64,000 bases of DNA, from the NCBI RefSeq assembly GCF_009914755.1, contig NC_060925.1. One strand, 5' to 3'. This DNA is from the human T2T-CHM13v2.0 reference genome, Homo sapiens. The notes below the pieces were generated by a model, which saw only the letters and a program-made list of their open reading frames with translations, searched no databases and was not told the DNA's origin. Below are positions 56,975-64,000 of this stretch, piece by piece (position 1 is the first letter of the stretch; each line of letters opens with the position of its first letter). A program made the translations under genes and the position numbers.

Positions 56975-57570
56975 AGACCCAATTAATACAAATTAATTAA
57001 GCATTTATATAATCTATTTTCCCTAATTCTGACCAACTCTCCTCTTATTCAGTGGTGCCTTCAGTTGTTAAAAAAAAAAAAATCCAATTGATCCTGCTAG
57101 AGCATCTTGGCCCACCCAGATTATCAGGGCTCACCCCTGGAATGCAGTTTTCTAAGAGGAGAAGGAAGAATAGGAGGATAAAGGGACTTGGAGGAGGTAT
57201 TGCTGGGAATGTGACTCTTGGATTCCAGCTGAGCTCCAGGCACAGCTTCAGGTAGGGCTACCTCCTCCATCAGGACAGCAGGTCCCAGGATTCTCCAGGG
57301 CTCATAGTGTTGCCTTAGAGGAGATTTTATATGAAATTATTGACCATGGTTACTGAGAGACAAAGTCACCACACTCAACAGCTTGAAAATAGTTATCTAT
57401 TAATAATTTTATTACTACCTGGTCCTCAAATGCCATGCCATTTACTGCTATATAATCCAAGTGGCTTCAGAGAACAAAAGCAACAGTTTTATATGATACC
57501 TAAAGCATACTCCTTTTGTTTTTTTAGGATATTTTTTAAAATTTAGTTTTGTAGTCTAAAATTTGAGTGG

Positions 57571-57603
57571 CAGCTATTCACTCAAATTTTGAGTGAATAG
57601 CTG
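57571..57603. repeat. Perfect palindrome, 16-bp arms and 1-nt spacer
   Basis: CAGCTATTCACTCAAA T TTTGAGTGAATAGCTG. Confidence 0.95.
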
Positions 57604-58719
57604 AAATAATTTGATTGCTGAAATAATCAAGCCAGTTGTGGTCTCATCTAGGAGACTATAATCCGTGTGGACAGCCACCTAGAAGCAAACTTCTGGCCAT
57701 GGTAGCACAGACTGTGTCATCATTCCAGGTTCTGTGGCCAAGCCCCCCAAACAGGAATCACGTAGTGAAGTTCAAAGAAACTTCCAAAAGGTGCAGCAAA
57801 AGAAAGAAAAGAAAAACATAAGAGAAAACATCAAGATAATAGAGACCCAATGCAGAAGATCTAACTTCCAGTCAATAGAAATTTCAGAAATAGAGAAAGA
57901 AAAAAATAGATGCTATGAAATCAATTTTAAAAAATCCTAGGTAATTACCTGGATCTAAAAGACACAAGGATTCCAGATGAGAAGCCCAATTGACTGCCAG
58001 TGCATGTTTTAAAAATGACTCATTAAATGTGAAATTTTGAAGCAACATGTAAAGAAACAATTCCAAATCTTCTGAGGAAGCTTCTTTAAAAATAAAAACT
58101 GGCAGTGTTCAATACCTAAGTATAATGGAACAGAAATCTTCAAAGATTAGACACAAAAAGGATTTCAATCCAAAATTCAAATGTTACAGTAGAATAGAGC
58201 CACTCTCCGATATGAAAGGACTCAAAAACATGTTTCAGCTGTCCTTTCTTAAGTAATACAGGAAAATCAGGAGATAAACCAAGAAGGAAGAAAATACAAG
58301 AACCAACAAAAAGTGGCTTCAACCCATATTAAAGAAAAAACAAATATTCCAGGTTGACAGTTATGCAGGAGGTCAAGGAGCAACCAGTCTGGATTTATCT
58401 AGGGGGAAGCTGTCCTTCAGTAGGGAAGAGTCCAGGAAAAATGAGTCAATCAAAATATTTAATATCATTTTAAATACATTTTTAACAATTCAGAGCAATT
58501 TAAGGAAGAAATATAAGATAAGGCAAGAGAAAAGGAGAAAGAAAGTGATAGAGAAAAGGAAATATAGTCACTAACTGGCCTGTCAGTGAATAATATTTAG
58601 AAGCCATAATAATTAAAAAACTGTATTGATCCTCAACTTTACAATGAACCTATAGACTAAGCATGATAATAGAATACAATATTTGTATTTTAAGCTAGAC
58701 TACTATAGCTGAACAATAC

Positions 58720-59295
58720 TGAAATACCAAAAAGAAAAAACTTCTCAGTGGCTTACAGTAACAAAGACTGATTTCTCATTCACGTATGTCTTTTGTGAAT
58801 TCATTGCAATTCTTTTACAGATTGTCTCTATTCAGAATCTAATCAAAGGAGCTGGGTCTATCTGATACATGCTATTCTCACGGCAGAGGAGACAGAGAGC
58901 ACTTTCCCAACCCCTTGAATCAGAGCTGGCCTGTGACTTTCTGTGGCCAAGAGAAGGTGGTGGATATGATGTGTGCCAGTAGAAGCCCAAGCCCTTGCAA
59001 ACTTCTGCCCTCTCTCCAAATCTCACCACCATGGAAACATGTGGAGACTAAAGTGTGGAATTAGTAGAAGCCACATGGAGAAGAGCTTTAACACCTGGAG
59101 GCCATCCAGGACCAGCTGATCACAAGTGCATGAGGGGGTTGGGCTGAGATCAGCTACTGAGGCCAGACTGGTACAGCAGACCTTCCAGCTAACACTAAGA
59201 CCTGTGAGCAAAAATAAATGCTTATTGATAAATGCTGCTGTGATTTGTTGGTTATTTGTAATGCGGTATTAATATGGTGATAGATATCTGATACT
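58720..59295. mobile_element. MLT1 (MaLR) LTR fragments
   Basis: cccttgaatc...ggcctgtgacttt...gatgtgtgccagt...aataaatgcttattg...ctgatac resembles MLT1. Subfamily and orientation of the pieces uncertain. Confidence 0.55.
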
Positions 59296-59814
59296 TGTGA
59301 TAGCAAGAATTAAAGATATTCTAAAATTAATAAATCAAAACCAGAAATAGATATGTTATTTAGCTGTATGGAACTAATAATCAAAATAACTAAATGTAAA
59401 ACAAAAACGAAAAAATTAGGAGTATTTCCTACTGGGAAGCAGAACTGAATATGAGAAAAACTATTGCTGTTTTTCTCTGTGGGCACGTCTGAATAATTTT
59501 TTTTCTGACTTTTCAAGGTCTAGACTTTTATTTATTTTAGACTGTTTTTCAAAATATCTTTAATTTGTATAACAACTTTACAATTAAAACCCAAGACAAA
59601 CGGAGTGACATCATTTACGTGGTGGATTAGATTATTCTGGCCTTCATAACTCCACAGAAACACCAATTTTGATCGCCTTCCATAGACATAAATATTTCTT
59701 TGAGAATCCAGGAGTCCAGTGGAGAGATTCCAGCATCACACTGAAAAAAAAATTTGAGAATAGTGAATAATTTTGTTAATATAACCATCTAATACCTTTT
59801 AAAAATTCAGAGAT

Positions 59815-62800
59815 TTGGAGGGCTTCAAGCGATTTGGCTGACTAGTGGCAGCTGGTACTCACCTCTCCCATGAAGAAGAACCAAAATAGCTAGTATATAA
59901 TCACACTTCAAATAGATCATCTAAGACAGAACATTGGAATTCAAATAGAGAAGTGACAAGAAACCTTTAAAGCAGGAAAGAGAGAGAAGTGCGGTAACCT
60001 GCTCAGTCAGGATGGCTGGGAGCCTGAAGAGAATTCTCAACCCAAAAAAAGGGTAATGGAGAGATCCCCAGGGATTCACATCCCTTCTGCAGACTCCTGC
60101 AATCCTAGCCATGGGAGAACCTCTCAATGCCCTCAGGCCCTGAGACTAACGTAAGGAGCTGCCTGGAGACCATGAAACAGCACCACTCCAGAGATGAATC
60201 TCACACTGTATCCCACACACCCCCAAGTCATAAGCAGCTAAGCAAGGCACCATAGTGAGAGTCTAGTCCCCCCTAGACTACCTCCTACCCTCAGGCCCAA
60301 CCACCCCTGCATCTCCACCTCCCTGGAGTCCCATTGACATGCTTCATCTAGAGCCATGACTGCAGTTGCCTGCAGCCACCATAGCTGAAACACAAGCCAT
60401 TGGCAATGACACACTGCCCCAGCAGCAGCACTGCCATGCATTTTTACATGCCCCAAAGTCAGACTCCCCTGCCTGCAGTGACCACCACTGCTGGCTGCCT
60501 CCACTGAAGCATGGGCCACTGGCCGTGACTCCACTGCCTCCAGTACTGGAATTGCCATGCATTCAAAAGTGTCTTGAGGAAAGAATCTCTCACCCACAAC
60601 TACCATCTGGGGCAAAAGTGCACACTTTTGAGCCAGCTACCTACAGTTGTTGCCACAGAAAGCAGCCCAGCCCTCCCCAGTAGCAGGGCTATAGCACATT
60701 CCACCAGGGACCTGAGAATCACCTCGCCCCTGTGCACCACAGCTAGCATGTACATGGACTACCAGGGAGCCTGAGGACATGTCCTTCTCACCTAGCTCCA
60801 CCCTGTCCCCCGTGTGGCTAAGCATGCCTTCCAGGAACCTGGAGGTCACCCAGCCCTATGTACCACTGTTGCCTCCTGAATACTCCTCCCAGGGGCCTGA
60901 GAATGGGGCAGCCAAACCTGCCATTACCACCACAGCTGACACATACCTGCACACACCAACTACAGGCATTGAAACTGGGCCACCAGGGCCATCACAGCCA
61001 CCACCAAGAGTAGACCAGTTGGGAACCAGAGGGTGGTTCTGCCACTGCTACTGGCATTGCCCATGCCACACTGGTTACCTAGAGCCCCAACGATCTGCCC
61101 AACCTCCTGGCCTACTGCTGCCACTATTAGCACCGGAGAAAGTTGCCTGGAGACCCAAAAATTGGCCCCCCTGTACCTACTACCATGGGTGCCATCATAT
61201 GCTACCCTGGGGCCCAAGGACAGGTATGCTCAGCCCCCCACTGCCACCACTAGAAACCAAGAACTGGCTCACCTGGCATCCCTTTACCTGCAAAACTTCT
61301 CCACAGATTACACTAACACCCTTAGCCACTGAGGAAATCACAGACACCAATGACACTGTTCACAGCTTAAGAATCACAAGGAGACAACATTTCTGTATGT
61401 ACCCAGAATCAAAGCCAAAATCTCTACCCAACCAATATCATACATCTTCAGAAAAAAAGTTGTTTCCTACCAAAGCAAATTCAAAAATTTAGGAGAAGCA
61501 ACTGTTAGATCAGATGAACAGATATCAATGTAAGGACATAAGAAATAAGAAATAGCAATGATATATTATACCTCCAAAAAAATGATAATTCTCCAGCAGC
61601 AGATTCCATTGGGGAAAAATTATGAAATATTATAAAATAAAACAAAATGATGATATTAAAGAAGCTCAGTGAAGCCAGTGTGGTTGCACATTCCTGTAGT
61701 CCCAGCTATGCCAGAGGTTGAGAAGCAGGGATTACTTGAGCCCAAGAGGTCAAGTCTACCTTGGGCAACATAGTGAGACACGGTATCTAAAATAATAATA
61801 ATAATAAAAGTTCAGTGAGATACGAGAGAACACAGATAAACAACACAAAGAAATCAAAAAAGAAATTCAGAATATAAATGTGAAATTTACCAAAGAAATT
61901 GGTATAATAATATAGAACAAAAAAGAAATTCTACAACTAAAGAATTCATTGAATGAAAGAAAGTAAATATTGTTGAAAGTTTTGACAATAGACTAGGCCA
62001 AGTAGAATAAAGAATTTCAGGAATTTAATGTAGGTCTTTTGAAATAACCCAGTCAGATAAACATTTTTTTAAGAATTTTTTTTAAAAAGAGAACAAAACC
62101 TATGTGGCATATAGGAAACATAAAGCAACCAAATATTCAGGTTTTCAATGTCTCAGAAGGTGAAGAGGAAACAAAAGTGGTAGAAAACCTATTTAACAGA
62201 ACAATAACCGAAAATGTCTGGAATGTAGCAAAAGATGCAGACATCCAGTTACAGGAAACTCAGAAATAAATAGATACAATTTCAAAAGATCTTCTTCACA
62301 ATGAATTATCATTAAATTATCAAAGGACAAAGATAAAGAGAGAATTCTAAAAACAGCAAGAGAAAAGGATCTAGTCACTTATAAGGCAATCCCCATGAAA
62401 GTAACAGTGGATTGCTCAGCAGAAACCTTACAGGCAAGAAGACAGAGGATGATATATTCAAAGTGCTGGGGAAAAGAAACAAGGATACTATACCCCCTAA
62501 AGTTATCCTTTATAAATGAAGGAGAAATAAAGTCTTTCTCAGACAATCAAAAACTGAGGGACTTCATCATCACTAGCCCAGTCCTACAAGAAATATTAAA
62601 GGGAGTCATGCCTGGAAGAAAAAAAAATGGTATCCATGACGATGACAACACACGGGAGTATAAAACCCACTGGTAGAGCAAACACAGAAGAGAAAGAACT
62701 GAAATGTTACCACTATAGAAAATCACCAAATTACAATGATAAACAATAAGAGACAAAGATAGGACCAAAGATACACAAAATAACCAAAAACCAATTAATA

Positions 62801-64000
62801 AAATGACACTAATAAGCCCTCACATCTCAATAATGACCTTGAATGTAAATGGATTAAACTTTCCACTTAAAATACATAGACTGGCTGAATGGATAAAAAG
62901 CATGACACAACTATATGCATCCAAAAAGAAACTTATCTAATCTGTAAAGACACATATAGACTGAAATTATAAAAGCATAGAAAAAGATATAACAATTATA
63001 AATCCAGGCACACCCAATACTACAGCACCTAGATATTCAAGACAATTATTATTAGATCTAAGGGAGAGAGAGAATCCAATATAATAATAATTAGAAACTT
63101 GAATGATCCACTCTCAGTATTAGAGAGATCATCTAGACAGAAAATTAAGAAAGAAACTTTAAACTGCACATTTAACAAAATGGACCTAACAGATATTTGC
63201 AGAATATTTCATCCAACAACCACAGAATGTACATTCTTCTCATCAGCACATGAAAACTTCTCCAGGACAGAACATACGTTAGGATGCCAAACAAGTCTAA
63301 AAAAAGTTTTAAATATTGAAATCATATCAAGTATCTTCTTGGAATAAAACCAGAAACTGATCACAATGGGATAAAACTATAAATCAATAATGAGGAATTT
63401 TGGAAACCGTACAAATACATGGAAATAGAACAACATGCTCATGAATGACCGTTAGGTCATGAAAAAAAATAAAAGAAGGAAATAAAAAAATTTCTTAAAA
63501 CAAATGACTATTGAAGCTATGGATTACATAAAAACAGTGCTAAGTGAGAATTTTACAGCATTAAATGCTTACATCAAAAAAGCAGAAAGATTTTAAATAA
63601 ACAATGTCACCCAAGAAACTAGGAAAGCAAGAGCAAACCAAACCCAAAATTGGAGAAGAAAAGAAATAATGAAGACCAGAGCAAAACTAAACAAATTAGA
63701 TACTAAAAAAAAAAAAAAAACAACAACAAAAAAAAAAAAACCACACACACAAAGAAATAATGAACAAAAAGTGAAATAATGAACAAAAAGTTGGTTTGTT
63801 AGGAGATAAATAAAACTGCTAGCTAAAATAACCAAGGCGGGGGGAAGAAAAGACACAAATGAACAAAAACAAAGAAAAAAGAAAAAAATCACAATTGAAA
63901 CCACAGAAATACAAAAGATCTTACTATAATAAACAATGATATACTAAAAAACTGGAAAATGTAGAGGAAATAGATAAATTCCTGAATACATACAACCTAC
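59815..64000 (+). mobile_element. Old L1 (L1PB/L1MA-type) 5' UTR, ORF1 and ORF2 endonuclease region, running off the window
   Basis: GC-rich 5' UTR, ORF1 remnant (SAETLQARRQ, KLSFINEGEIKSFSD) and EN remnant (MDLTDICRIFHPTTTECTFFSSAH). Confidence 0.8.
61674..61808 (+). mobile_element. FLAM-like Alu monomer
   Basis: Single arm (cctgtagtcccagcta...gggcaacatagtgagac), (AAT)n tail, TSD aag(c/t)tcagtga. Confidence 0.75.

Noticed and set aside
60779-61492. 237-aa Pro/Thr-rich ORF
   Set aside because: Lies in the C-rich 5' UTR of an old L1, where stop codons are scarce. No recognisable domain.

Overview
Primate, almost certainly human, genomic DNA from the epidermal differentiation complex (SPRR2 cluster, 1q21). 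It holds two intact two-exon genes on the minus strand, SPRR2E (CDS 20345-20563) and SPRR2F (CDS 39328-39546). Each has a TATA promoter, a 42-nt non-coding exon 1, a ~0.7 kb intron and an AATAAA signal. The genes sit in a tandem array of ~19-23 kb paralogous units (offsets ~23.0 kb and ~19.0 kb). The rest is mostly LINE-1 of several ages, Alus and solo LTRs (LTR5A, MER11, an ERV1-like LTR, THE1, MLT1). All other long ORFs are L1/Alu remnants or shadow frames. I see no evidence for a new protein-coding system. The most interesting signals are: (i) an extra ~2 kb copy of the unit at 7306-9340 that groups with the neighbouring unit, possibly the scar of a deleted SPRR2 gene; (ii) an L1 without a target-site duplication at the unit junction; (iii) near-identical CDSs against diverged flanks, suggesting gene conversion; (iv) a ~150 bp block 1.9 kb upstream of each gene that is conserved across three paralogs and carries a STAT site, plus paralog-specific promoter motif changes; (v) a perfect 43-bp-stem hairpin and several short templated or inverted insertions. 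Repeat subfamily names are from recall of consensus sequences, not a database search.
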